Source of the DNA: Alphaproteobacteria bacterium
GTDB lineage: Bacteria > Pseudomonadota > Alphaproteobacteria > Paracaedibacterales > VGCI01
NCBI GenBank assembly: GCA_016869075.1
Contig: VGEY01000002.1
Span: 72,878-136,877 of the forward strand
Direction of reading: 5' to 3'
DNA length: 64,000 nucleotides
The position numbers and the translations under genes are program-made. The notes beneath the pieces are model-generated. The model saw only the letters and a list, made by a program, of their open reading frames with translations. It had not been told where the DNA came from and made no database searches. Below, one piece after another: positions 27,701 to 35,805 of this stretch; position 1 is the first letter of the stretch; every line of letters starts with the position of its first letter.

Positions 27701-29058
27701 CGGATGAAACTCCAAAAAATCCAATAGATCTTACGTCAACTAGAAAAGAAAAAAGCAATTATCACGTTCCTTCCCTTAATCGATCACTCCACATTGAGGA
27801 GGGACGCCCACCCCATAGCAGCCGAATGAATATTGTAATCGCTTGTTCAATTGTTTTTGTTTTTATTGCTTGGGCAGCAATCACACCCATTGATGAAGTG
27901 GCAACCGCAAGTGGCCATATCATTCCCACCGGCTTCATTAAATCCGTACAGCATCTCGAGGGCGGAATAATTAATGATATCAAAGTGAAAGAGGGTGAAG
28001 CGGTTAAAGCCGGACAACTTCTTGTTACACTTGATGGCAAAGGAGCAGATTCTGAATTAGAACAAACCCTAGCCAGAGAAGCTGGTTTAAAAATTAAGGC
28101 TGAAAGGTTGAGGGCAATTGGCTCAGGACAAAGACCAAATTTTTCTGAATTTCCAAGTGTATACGAAAATCTCGTGAACGACCAACAAGCCATCTATGAT
28201 ATGCAGATTAAAAACCAAAATGACCAACGATCTGTTATTGAGCAGCAACAAAAGCAACAGGAAGCTCTCCTCGCCATTCAAGAAGGACAAGAAAGAGACA
28301 TAAAATTACAAATGGAAGTATTAACAGAACAGCGAGATGTGTCAAAAAATCTTTATAACAAGCGATTAAAAACAGGAACAGAATATCGCAGCGCAGAGGA
28401 AAGCGTTTCCAGAATTAGAAAAGAATTAAATCAGGTTTTGAATCAAAAGCATCAAACAGAACAAGCAATAGCAGAATCTGTGAATAAACTCACTGAATTA
28501 GGTACACGCTTACGTAACGAGGCTCTAACAGAAATGGGTAACGTTACAGCTGAAATTGCGCAGGTAAAAGAAGCCTTACATAAACTCCAAGATCGTGTCA
28601 ATCGATTAGAAATCAGGGCTCCTGTTGCGGGTATAATCAAGGGTTTAAAAACAAATACATTAAAAGGTGTCATCCAGCCTGGTGAAGAAATCATGCAAAT
28701 TGTTCCTGAAAATGCAATGGAAGTCGAAGCCCAAATTAATCCTAGAGATGTTGGAAATACACAAATTGGCCAGAACGTTACAATTAAAGTTTCTGCCTAT
28801 GATTTTTCTCGTTATGGGAGTGTTGCTGGAAAGTTAAAATCAATTTCAGCATCAACCTTTGTGGATGATGATAAAAAGCCATACTATAAATCGTATATCT
28901 CTTTAGATCAGCTTTACGTAGGACATAACCCTAATCTAAATAAACTTGCGGTTGGTATGACAGTGCAAGCTGATATACACACAGGAAGTAAAACATTACT
29001 ACAATACCTCATCAAACCCGTTTATAACGCTCTTAAAACCTCCTTTAGAGAAAGATAG
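27697..29058 (+). CDS. HlyD-family type I secretion membrane fusion protein
   Basis: 453 aa. One N-terminal TM helix, lipoyl-like hairpin (VQHLEGGII..I.VKEGEAVKAGQLLVTLD ... APVAGIIKGL), long coiled coil, C-terminal beta-barrel region. ATGA overlap with the upstream ABC gene. Confidence 0.88.
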   Translation: MTDETPKNPIDLTSTRKEKSNYHVPSLNRSLHIEEGRPPHSSRMNIVIACSIVFVFIAWAAITPIDEVATASGHIIPTGFIKSVQHLEGGIINDIKVKEGEAVKAGQLLVTLDGKGADSELEQTLAREAGLKIKAERLRAIGSGQRPNFSEFPSVYENLVNDQQAIYDMQIKNQNDQRSVIEQQQKQQEALLAIQEGQERDIKLQMEVLTEQRDVSKNLYNKRLKTGTEYRSAEESVSRIRKELNQVLNQKHQTEQAIAESVNKLTELGTRLRNEALTEMGNVTAEIAQVKEALHKLQDRVNRLEIRAPVAGIIKGLKTNTLKGVIQPGEEIMQIVPENAMEVEAQINPRDVGNTQIGQNVTIKVSAYDFSRYGSVAGKLKSISASTFVDDDKKPYYKSYISLDQLYVGHNPNLNKLAVGMTVQADIHTGSKTLLQYLIKPVYNALKTSFRER

Positions 29059-29083
29059 GAAAAAGAGTACCAAACGAGGGATT

Positions 29084-29117
29084 CTGGAAAGTTTCAAACT
29101 TCTATTAAACTTTCCAG
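29084..29117. terminator. hairpin between the convergent hlyD-family gene and rsmE (possible bidirectional terminator)
   Basis: Perfect 11-bp inverted repeat: ctggaaagttt (29084-29094) and aaactttccag (29107-29117), with a 12-nt loop. It overlaps the rsmE stop codon and has no strong U-tract. Confidence 0.4.
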
Positions 29118-29830
29118 TCTCCCGCAAAAGCTTGATAGCAGGCAACTGCTGAGAGTGCGGCTGTTTCTGCTCGTAAAATGCGTGAGCCTAACTTAACAAA
29201 TCGTGTAAAAGAAACAGCGTTCAATACGGCCATTTCTGCTTCGCTTAACCCACCTTCAGGGCCAATTAAAAACCCAATGGGATCCGAGGTAGATAACGTA
29301 GAAAGCTTTTGTAAAAGTGGAGCAGCCTCACCCCGTTCCTGGCAAACGAATAAAGGAACTGCAGGCAACCACGCAGAGAGGGTTTTTTTCAAGGTGTTAA
29401 GAGGGTGAAGAGTCGGAATATCAAAGCGTTCACATTGCTGTGAAGCATCAAGTATATTACTTTTTAAGCGATCTTCATTAAGTCTAGAAATATTGCAGCG
29501 GTCAGTGGTAATAGGATAAAATTGACGTACACCCAATTCTGTGGCCTTTTCAATCAAAAAAGATAATGGATCATGCTTAATAAGAGCAAACACCAATGAT
29601 ATATCTGGAGGCAGAGTCGCTGGTCTCAGGTGTGAAATAACTTTAATCTCCGCTTCAGCTTTAGCCAGAGCGGTTATCTCCGCCAACCATTCTCCGTCTC
29701 GTTCATTAAAAACATTGAAACGATGACCAACAGTCGCACGTAAGACATGTCGCAGATAATGGATCTGTTTTTCATCTAGACTCAATTCTAAATTCAGAAA
29801 AAGGTTATGAGGACAATAAAGTCTTACCAA
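29105..29830 (-). CDS. rsmE: 16S rRNA (uracil1498-N3)-methyltransferase
   Basis: LIGPEGGLSEAE and LGSRILRAETAALSAV motifs. Start reassigned to TTG at 29828-29830 (MVRLYCPHNL), 6 nt after AGGAG. The longer track ORF (to 30049) runs antisense through the neighbouring gene. Confidence 0.85.
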   Translation of the reverse strand: MVRLYCPHNLFLNLELSLDEKQIHYLRHVLRATVGHRFNVFNERDGEWLAEITALAKAEAEIKVISHLRPATLPPDISLVFALIKHDPLSFLIEKATELGVRQFYPITTDRCNISRLNEDRLKSNILDASQQCERFDIPTLHPLNTLKKTLSAWLPAVPLFVCQERGEAAPLLQKLSTLSTSDPIGFLIGPEGGLSEAEMAVLNAVSFTRFVKLGSRILRAETAALSAVACYQAFAGDWKV

Positions 29831-29909
29831 AGAAATCTCCTGCCTTAAGTGTTGAGAGACTAACAAAAAACAAACAGAGTTTAAACAAATTTTAAAAAGG
29901 ATCTCCCGT

Positions 29910-30515
29910 ATGAAATATAAGAATTTACCAGGTTTTAGTTTAATTGAGATGGCTCTTGTATTAATTGTCATCGGTATTCTTGCTGGTGCCATTTTAAAAG
30001 GCCAAAATATCATGGAAGCAGCAAAGGTAAGGGCTGTATTAAATGACATTGAACGTGTTCGGACTGCTGCCGTATTATATCATGATACTTTCGGGCAATG
30101 GCCCGGTAATGACTCCCTGGCCTCAACTCGTTTCGGAGAAGGTGTTCAAAATGGAAAGGGAGACGGTGTTCTTACGGCTGGTGAATCTGCGCAATTTTGG
30201 GTTCATTTAGCAAAAGCTGGACATCTCTCAAATTCGGCTGCCCCTTCCTCAAAGCTTGGGGGGAATTTCACTGTGGAAACAGATCCTTTATCTAAAAAAA
30301 TCCTCTTAATTTTATCTGGACCAGAAAAAGCTGGTTTGCTAACGCCTCAACAAGCTTCAATGCTTAAAACAAAGGCAGGTGAAAGCAGCCCACTTACAGG
30401 CCAAATTCAAGTAACAGAGGGAAAAAACTCTTCTCCTCACTCGTGTGTTAAGGAGGGTGTCTTTCATTTGGTCACAAACGCTCCAACATGCATTCTAAGG
30501 GTAGAATTACATTAA
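29910..30515 (+). CDS. prepilin-type N-terminal cleavage/methylation domain protein (pseudopilin / type IV pilin-like)
   Basis: 201 aa. MKYKNLPG|FSLIEMALVLIVIGILAGAIL is a canonical class III signal peptide (G-F-[ST]-L-I-E followed by a hydrophobic helix). Confidence 0.8.
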   Translation: MKYKNLPGFSLIEMALVLIVIGILAGAILKGQNIMEAAKVRAVLNDIERVRTAAVLYHDTFGQWPGNDSLASTRFGEGVQNGKGDGVLTAGESAQFWVHLAKAGHLSNSAAPSSKLGGNFTVETDPLSKKILLILSGPEKAGLLTPQQASMLKTKAGESSPLTGQIQVTEGKNSSPHSCVKEGVFHLVTNAPTCILRVELH

Positions 30516-30586
30516 AGAGCATGGTATTGATTAAACTAAGAAGGATACTATAATAAAATGCATTTTGAGTTTAGAAAGGAAATGAA

Positions 30587-30910
30587 ATGTCAACATTAAA
30601 CCATACAACTGATGGAAATTTTACACAGGATGTCTTACAATCAGAAATTCCCGTTATTGTTGATTTTTGGGCAGAATGGTGTGGTCCTTGTCGAGCACTT
30701 GCGCCAATTTTAGAAGAAATTGCCAACGAGCGTTCTGGTAAGGTCAAAATATTAAAGCTTAATATTGATGAAAATCCCACAATGCCAGCCCAATTTGGGG
30801 TGAGAAGTATTCCTACGTTAGCGCTCTTTAAAAATGGTTCTGCCGTTTCTACAAAAGTAGGCCTTCAATCTAAAAACAAAATATTGGAATGGATTGACAC
30901 ATCTTCTTAA
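30587..30910 (+). CDS. trxA: thioredoxin
   Basis: 107 aa with the WAEWCGPC active site and full-length Trx1-like layout. Confidence 0.95.
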   Translation: MSTLNHTTDGNFTQDVLQSEIPVIVDFWAEWCGPCRALAPILEEIANERSGKVKILKLNIDENPTMPAQFGVRSIPTLALFKNGSAVSTKVGLQSKNKILEWIDTSS

Positions 30911-30966
30911 ATAAAAAGATGTAAATATTCAGAAAACAAAAATATTATTTAAATAAAGATAGATTT

Positions 30967-31443
30967 TTATACATATTCTACTTTTAAAATAGTATAGGCC
31001 CGGCTTCCGCTCGGTGCGGCTACTTCAACCATATCTCCAATTGTTTTGCCGATTAATGCACGCGCGAGAGGAGAAGTAATTGACAACTTCTTCTTTCGAA
31101 CGTCTGCTTCATCCCCCCCAACGATTTGATAAGTATGCTTTTCTTCTGTGTCTTCATCTACTAATGTAATGGTTGCACCAAATTTAATATGTTTTCCAGA
31201 AAGTTTAGAAACATCAATAACTTCCGCTAGGCTAATTTTACTCTCAAGCTCTGCAATGCGCCCCTCTATAAACCCTTGGCGATCCTTAGCCGCATGGTAT
31301 TCCGCATTTTCCGATAAATCCCCATGCTCCCTTGCATCAGATATAGCGCGGATAACAGCAGGCCTTTCCACTTGCTTTAAGTGGCGTAGCTCTTCTTGAA
31401 GCTGTAGATAGCTTTTTTCCGTCATTGGAATCTTCTTTTCCAT
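30967..31443 (-). CDS. greA: transcription elongation factor GreA
   Basis: 158 aa. N-terminal coiled coil with [13 protein letters not shown]-terminal [14 protein letters not shown]. Confidence 0.95.
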   Translation of the reverse strand: MEKKIPMTEKSYLQLQEELRHLKQVERPAVIRAISDAREHGDLSENAEYHAAKDRQGFIEGRIAELESKISLAEVIDVSKLSGKHIKFGATITLVDEDTEEKHTYQIVGGDEADVRKKKLSITSPLARALIGKTIGDMVEVAAPSGSRAYTILKVEYV

Positions 31444-31595
31444 TGTATTGGGTCCATTTAAAAAAAAGTAAAATTACAAATCATAAACACAGAAAATATC
31501 CCACTCTTTAGATAATGACAAGCCCAAACGTTCAAACATTGTTAACGTTTCATCACTTATTCTAGGGTTGGAAAGGTTGAACAACTGTTAATAAC

Positions 31596-32819
31596 ATGAC
31601 GATGAATGCTCTATCCAGCTATTTTTCAACAACAGCTCTCGAGCATGTATTGAATTACTCTGCCCGTTTCCAAAAGCAATATGGCTTTATTATTGTCGTA
31701 TTGGATCATATGAGCGACCAACACAATCATATAGCCGATATGACAAGTAAATTACTTCCTCTGCTCAAAAAGACTGTACGTTCCACAGACACTATATTTA
31801 GGTATGCGCCTGACTCTTGGATCATTTGTCTGGATGATTGTGATGATCATTTTCTTCAATGGACCCAACATTCACTCCAAACCATTCTTAATCGGCGCTG
31901 TTTTCAAATTGCAAGCACTCTGGATGGAGCTCTTGCTTTTGTAAAAGGGTCTTTTCTTTTTACAAAAAGTCTCACACAAACATTAAAAGCCTTCGAACAT
32001 GAGATCCAATTAGCAAAAAGCGCCCTCCACCGTATTAAAACCATGCGCACAACCGCCCTTGGGAATATTGAAGCTCTTCCAGAATATCAAAATGATCTTA
32101 TTCCTCTCATTCATCAGGCTGTCTTAGATAATCGTCTGTTCCTTGCTTTTCAGCCCATTATAGAAACGCAGTCTAAGACACTAAACTATTATGAATGCCT
32201 TGCACGTGTTATAGACAATGAGGGAAAAATCATCCCTGCGGCACACTTCATTTCTCGGTGCGAAAAAGCTGGATTAATTCAATTGATAGATCAAAAAATT
32301 CAGCATCTGGTTATCCAAGAGCTCAGGAATGACCGAAATTTAAAGTTAGCCCTTAATGTTTCCGCCATTACAGCCAGTGACCCTACATGGTTGAATACCC
32401 TAAAAGCCCATATGACCGCACGTCCAGATCTGAGAGGAAGACTTATTGTTGAGTTAACAGAAACCTCTGTTTTCTATGATATTGAAGAATCAATACAATT
32501 TATGACCCACTTAAATGACTTAGGGTGCCAAATTTCCATTGATGACTTTGGAGCCGGTTATATGTCTCTTATGCATTTAAAATCTGATTTGGTTAAAGTG
32601 GTTAAAATTGATTCACAATTTGTAAGGAATTTAAATGCTGAATCCACCAATAGAAATTTTATTCGCGCCATCCTTGCACTTACTCAACCACTGGGCATTA
32701 AATGTGTTGCCGAAGGAGTCGAAGATATTGAAACTGCAACTATTTTAGCCCAAGAAAATGTAGATTACCTTCAAGGGTATTATATTAGTAAACCTTCGGA
32801 TATTCGGAAATGGATATAG
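31596..32819 (+). CDS. EAL-domain protein (putative c-di-GMP phosphodiesterase) with a degenerate GGDEF-like N-terminal domain
   Basis: 407 aa. EAL-domain motifs QPII, YECLARV, LNVS, ELTE, DDFGAGY, KIDSQFV and EGVE. The N-terminal ~170 aa has RYAPDSWIICL where a GGDEF motif would sit. Confidence 0.8.
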   Translation: MTMNALSSYFSTTALEHVLNYSARFQKQYGFIIVVLDHMSDQHNHIADMTSKLLPLLKKTVRSTDTIFRYAPDSWIICLDDCDDHFLQWTQHSLQTILNRRCFQIASTLDGALAFVKGSFLFTKSLTQTLKAFEHEIQLAKSALHRIKTMRTTALGNIEALPEYQNDLIPLIHQAVLDNRLFLAFQPIIETQSKTLNYYECLARVIDNEGKIIPAAHFISRCEKAGLIQLIDQKIQHLVIQELRNDRNLKLALNVSAITASDPTWLNTLKAHMTARPDLRGRLIVELTETSVFYDIEESIQFMTHLNDLGCQISIDDFGAGYMSLMHLKSDLVKVVKIDSQFVRNLNAESTNRNFIRAILALTQPLGIKCVAEGVEDIETATILAQENVDYLQGYYISKPSDIRKWI

Positions 32820-33443
32820 TTAAACGGCAGATTTAAGTAATTTTGCAATTGGGGCATAAGAGCGTCGATGGTGAGGAGTAACGCCATAAAGGTGTAAAGC
32901 CTTTTGATGATCTGCGGTTCCATAGCCTGCATTTTTCACCCAGCCATATTCTGGATACTCTTGATGCAAATCAGCCATAATGCGATCACGTGTAACTTTA
33001 GCAATAATCGATGCAGCTGCAATTGAATAGCTTTTTTGATCGCCTTTGATGACAGACTTTACAAAACAGGGTAATTCTGGCATGCGAATACCATCCACCA
33101 ATGCTGTTCCTGGCTGAACCCGTAATTGACTCACAGCCCTAGACATAGCTAAACGCGTTGCCTGACCAATGTTCAAGCTATCAATTTCCTCAACTGTTGC
33201 ATACCCAATTCCATAGTATGTATCGGGCCAAGATATTAACTGTGTATAGGCCATTTCACGGCGTGCTACAGACAACTGTTTTGAATCACTAATAAGCTTT
33301 AAATGCTCTGCATTTATCCCTGCTGGATCTAGAAAGGCAAAGGCAGCGGCAACAACAGGACCAGCCCACGGGCCGCACCCTGCCTCATCAATGCCAATGA
33401 CAGGAGAAAGAGAACGCTGTTCAAGAACAAAATCAGGCATCAC
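32820..33443 (-). CDS. rnhB: ribonuclease HII
   Basis: 207 aa. GIDEAGCGPWAGPVV, DSKQLS and AASIIAKVTRD motifs. Confidence 0.93.
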   Translation of the reverse strand: MMPDFVLEQRSLSPVIGIDEAGCGPWAGPVVAAAFAFLDPAGINAEHLKLISDSKQLSVARREMAYTQLISWPDTYYGIGYATVEEIDSLNIGQATRLAMSRAVSQLRVQPGTALVDGIRMPELPCFVKSVIKGDQKSYSIAAASIIAKVTRDRIMADLHQEYPEYGWVKNAGYGTADHQKALHLYGVTPHHRRSYAPIAKLLKSAV

Positions 33444-33456
33444 ATATATTCTTTTT

Positions 33457-34740
33457 TTATTGTATGCGCTTATCTTTACGAGAAGACAGCTTCTTTCTCA
33501 ATGGATTCTTTGTTACGTGCCGTAAAATACCAGCTTTTCGACTAAAGAGGAAATGTAAAATTGTTGTCAGATTAATTGTACTGCTATCTGCCAAAGTGTG
33601 CAATTTGCGAGCAGCTGTTAGCCAAAGGGGGCTCAACGACAAAGAAAGAACTGTTAATGCAATGATGAGTTTTTCACCGAAATCATTGATGATTTTTGTT
33701 TCATATCCCACGGTCGATAAAAGAAAAGCAAATTCTCCGATCTGTGCTAAAACAACCCCAATTAAAAAAGCTTGAGACCAAGGGAGACGGAGTAAGTGTA
33801 AAATACCTATATTTATGGCTGTTTTGCCAATGGTCAAAATGAAGAGAAGGACAACCACAATAACAATATTTTCCCATACAAAGTGGATATCTAACAGCAA
33901 TCCAATAGAGAGGAAAAAAACCATCATCAATATGCTCTGAATAGGATTCGTTGTCTCCAACATGATGAGGCGTTCATGGGTATTTCCTAAAACGAGGCCT
34001 GCTAAAAATGCGCCGTAAGCTGCAGATAATCCAATTAAACCTGAAATTGCAGCTGCAGCAAAACAAAACGTTAAGCTGACAAGGGGCATAAGGTCTTTTT
34101 CCCCTGCAATGATCTGCGTGAGAGGAAGACGGACACGTTGTCTTCTTCCCAAATAAACAATGAGACCCACAATAAGGCCTATAGATAATATAATTTTAAA
34201 AACAAAGCTTGGATCGTACCAAGACTTATCTAGATTGTGCAGAATGAGAATCATGGGAACGATAGCTAAATCTTGTGCAATGAGAACACCTATTGCAGTT
34301 TGGCCGGCATCAGTTCTTATTTCACCGATGCTTTCCAGCATTTTAACCACAACCGCTGTTGATGAAAGCGATAGGACAAAGCCCAGCAAAAGAGAAAGGC
34401 CTAATGACCACCCAAACATTTTGGCAATAAATGCTGTGATGATAATACTCGCTGCCAATTGGAAAATCGTACACAGTGTGCTGACAACCCATACCTTTTT
34501 GAAAGTACGCAAGCTTAGATCCATGCCGATTACAAAGAGGAGCAATAAAACTCCTAATTCAGCCAGCAAGGCCACAGGCTCGCGAGATTTAATAAACCCT
34601 AAGCCGGATGGCCCCAATAAAATTCCAGCAAGAATATATCCTAGGATTGGAGGTTGTTTTAAGCGCGCAAAACCGAGACCACCCATAAGGGCAGCAACAA
34701 TAACAAGCGTTATTTTCGTTAGGCCAATCTCATATTCCAT
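33457..34740 (-). CDS. CPA2-family cation:proton antiporter (Kef/NapA-like membrane domain only)
   Basis: 427 aa with about 12 TM helices. LGYILAGILLGPSGLG start and AFLAGL motif are typical of Na+/H+ exchanger family proteins. No C-terminal KTN/RCK domain. Confidence 0.8.
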   Translation of the reverse strand: MEYEIGLTKITLVIVAALMGGLGFARLKQPPILGYILAGILLGPSGLGFIKSREPVALLAELGVLLLLFVIGMDLSLRTFKKVWVVSTLCTIFQLAASIIITAFIAKMFGWSLGLSLLLGFVLSLSSTAVVVKMLESIGEIRTDAGQTAIGVLIAQDLAIVPMILILHNLDKSWYDPSFVFKIILSIGLIVGLIVYLGRRQRVRLPLTQIIAGEKDLMPLVSLTFCFAAAAISGLIGLSAAYGAFLAGLVLGNTHERLIMLETTNPIQSILMMVFFLSIGLLLDIHFVWENIVIVVVLLFILTIGKTAINIGILHLLRLPWSQAFLIGVVLAQIGEFAFLLSTVGYETKIINDFGEKLIIALTVLSLSLSPLWLTAARKLHTLADSSTINLTTILHFLFSRKAGILRHVTKNPLRKKLSSRKDKRIQ

Positions 34741-34846
34741 GATAAAAAGCCTAACATAGGAAGATCATCTTTTACAAAACTTATATGCAAATTTTTACAC
34801 GTCTTTAGTATCTGACTCACTCAATTAATGAAAATCCTTTTGCTTA

Positions 34847-35758
34847 TTACTTAACCTGTGCTCCTTGTAAAGCCAATGTACCAGAACGACCATCAATTTC
34901 TGATTGGACGACTTTACAGATCGGTATACTATCACCTCTCGATAAAAGACTTTCTGCACTATCTGACAGTAAAACAAATTCCACCCTTTTTGCTTGGCAT
35001 GTTTTTAAAAATTCCTCAAACCAATTTTTATACAGCATTCCCTCTAATTCAGCATGAATAGTTAGTACGTTGAGTTGACTTGGCTGCAAAAGACTAACAA
35101 AATGCTCGGCAAGATTCTCTAATGGATAATTTGGGCGTCCCATTAATTCATCTAAAGTTGGTAAGGTTGTGGGAATTTGCAAGGTACGAAAAACCTTCTG
35201 CCCAACTTGAGGAAAAAATGGGGTTGTTCCGCGGCAATCACTTCCATATAAAAAGCCTGCCTCATCGTAGGCTTGAAAACTAAAGTGATTTGCTTGCCAT
35301 CCAGCAGCGCCCGCTGTTCTTGCTTCTGTTTTAAAAACTTCTCGAAAAGAGGAACATGCTCGCTCAAGTTCTTCCCGTACCTGCCGCATGGTCATTTTTT
35401 CTAAACCATCTTGCCATCGGATGTGATCATAACAATGAATACCAACTTCATGTCCGCTCTCTCGCACTTCTTGCATTTGCCCATAATGGCGCCGAGCAAT
35501 ATGAGGACCTGGCCATAAAATGCCATTAAGCAGAGTACGAGCTCCATAGACTTTTAAAACAGAAGTACGATTTACTTTTTTTAGAAAGCCTGGTCGAAAA
35601 ATACGTCGAATGGCACGGCCAGTATTATCAGGACCTAACGAAAATAAAAAGGTAGCTTTTATATTATAGAGATCTAATAATTTTAACAGTCCCGGGACCC
35701 CTTCTCTGGTCCCCTTTTCTGTATCAATATCAATCTTTATGGCTAAACGAATTGTCAT
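34847..35758 (-). CDS. arnD: 4-deoxy-4-formamido-L-arabinose-phosphoundecaprenol deformylase
   Basis: 303 aa, colinear by eye with E. coli ArnD (IDIDT..GTREGVP.LL..L...NI.A.F.FS.GPDN.GR). Polysaccharide deacetylase fold motifs (HCYDH). Confidence 0.85.
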   Translation of the reverse strand: MTIRLAIKIDIDTEKGTREGVPGLLKLLDLYNIKATFLFSLGPDNTGRAIRRIFRPGFLKKVNRTSVLKVYGARTLLNGILWPGPHIARRHYGQMQEVRESGHEVGIHCYDHIRWQDGLEKMTMRQVREELERACSSFREVFKTEARTAGAAGWQANHFSFQAYDEAGFLYGSDCRGTTPFFPQVGQKVFRTLQIPTTLPTLDELMGRPNYPLENLAEHFVSLLQPSQLNVLTIHAELEGMLYKNWFEEFLKTCQAKRVEFVLLSDSAESLLSRGDSIPICKVVQSEIDGRSGTLALQGAQVK

Positions 35759-35805
35759 TTAATTATGGTAAACTCATTTTCTTAAAGTTATATAAAAATG
35801 AAAGC

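Noticed and set aside
27762-28193. 143-aa ORF antisense to the HlyD-family gene; also 26347-26538, 26665-26883, 27171-27444 and 28452-28694 inside the ABC and MFP genes
   Set aside because: They lie fully inside well-supported genes on the other strand, have low-complexity composition and have no RBS.
29831-30049. N-terminal 73 aa of the 314-aa track ORF for rsmE, which overlaps the pseudopilin gene on the other strand
   Set aside because: RsmE homologues begin near (M)VRLY. A TTG at 29828-29830 sits 6 nt after AGGAG. The extension is antisense to the highly characteristic prepilin leader, so it is an ORF-calling artefact.
34160-34759. 199-aa ORF antisense to the CPA2 antiporter; also 33464-33775, 982-1464 and 1343-1528 antisense to membrane genes
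   Set aside because: These are typical shadow ORFs opposite hydrophobic membrane-protein genes. They are Arg/Ser/Pro/Lys-rich with no motifs, and the sense-strand genes have strong family signatures.
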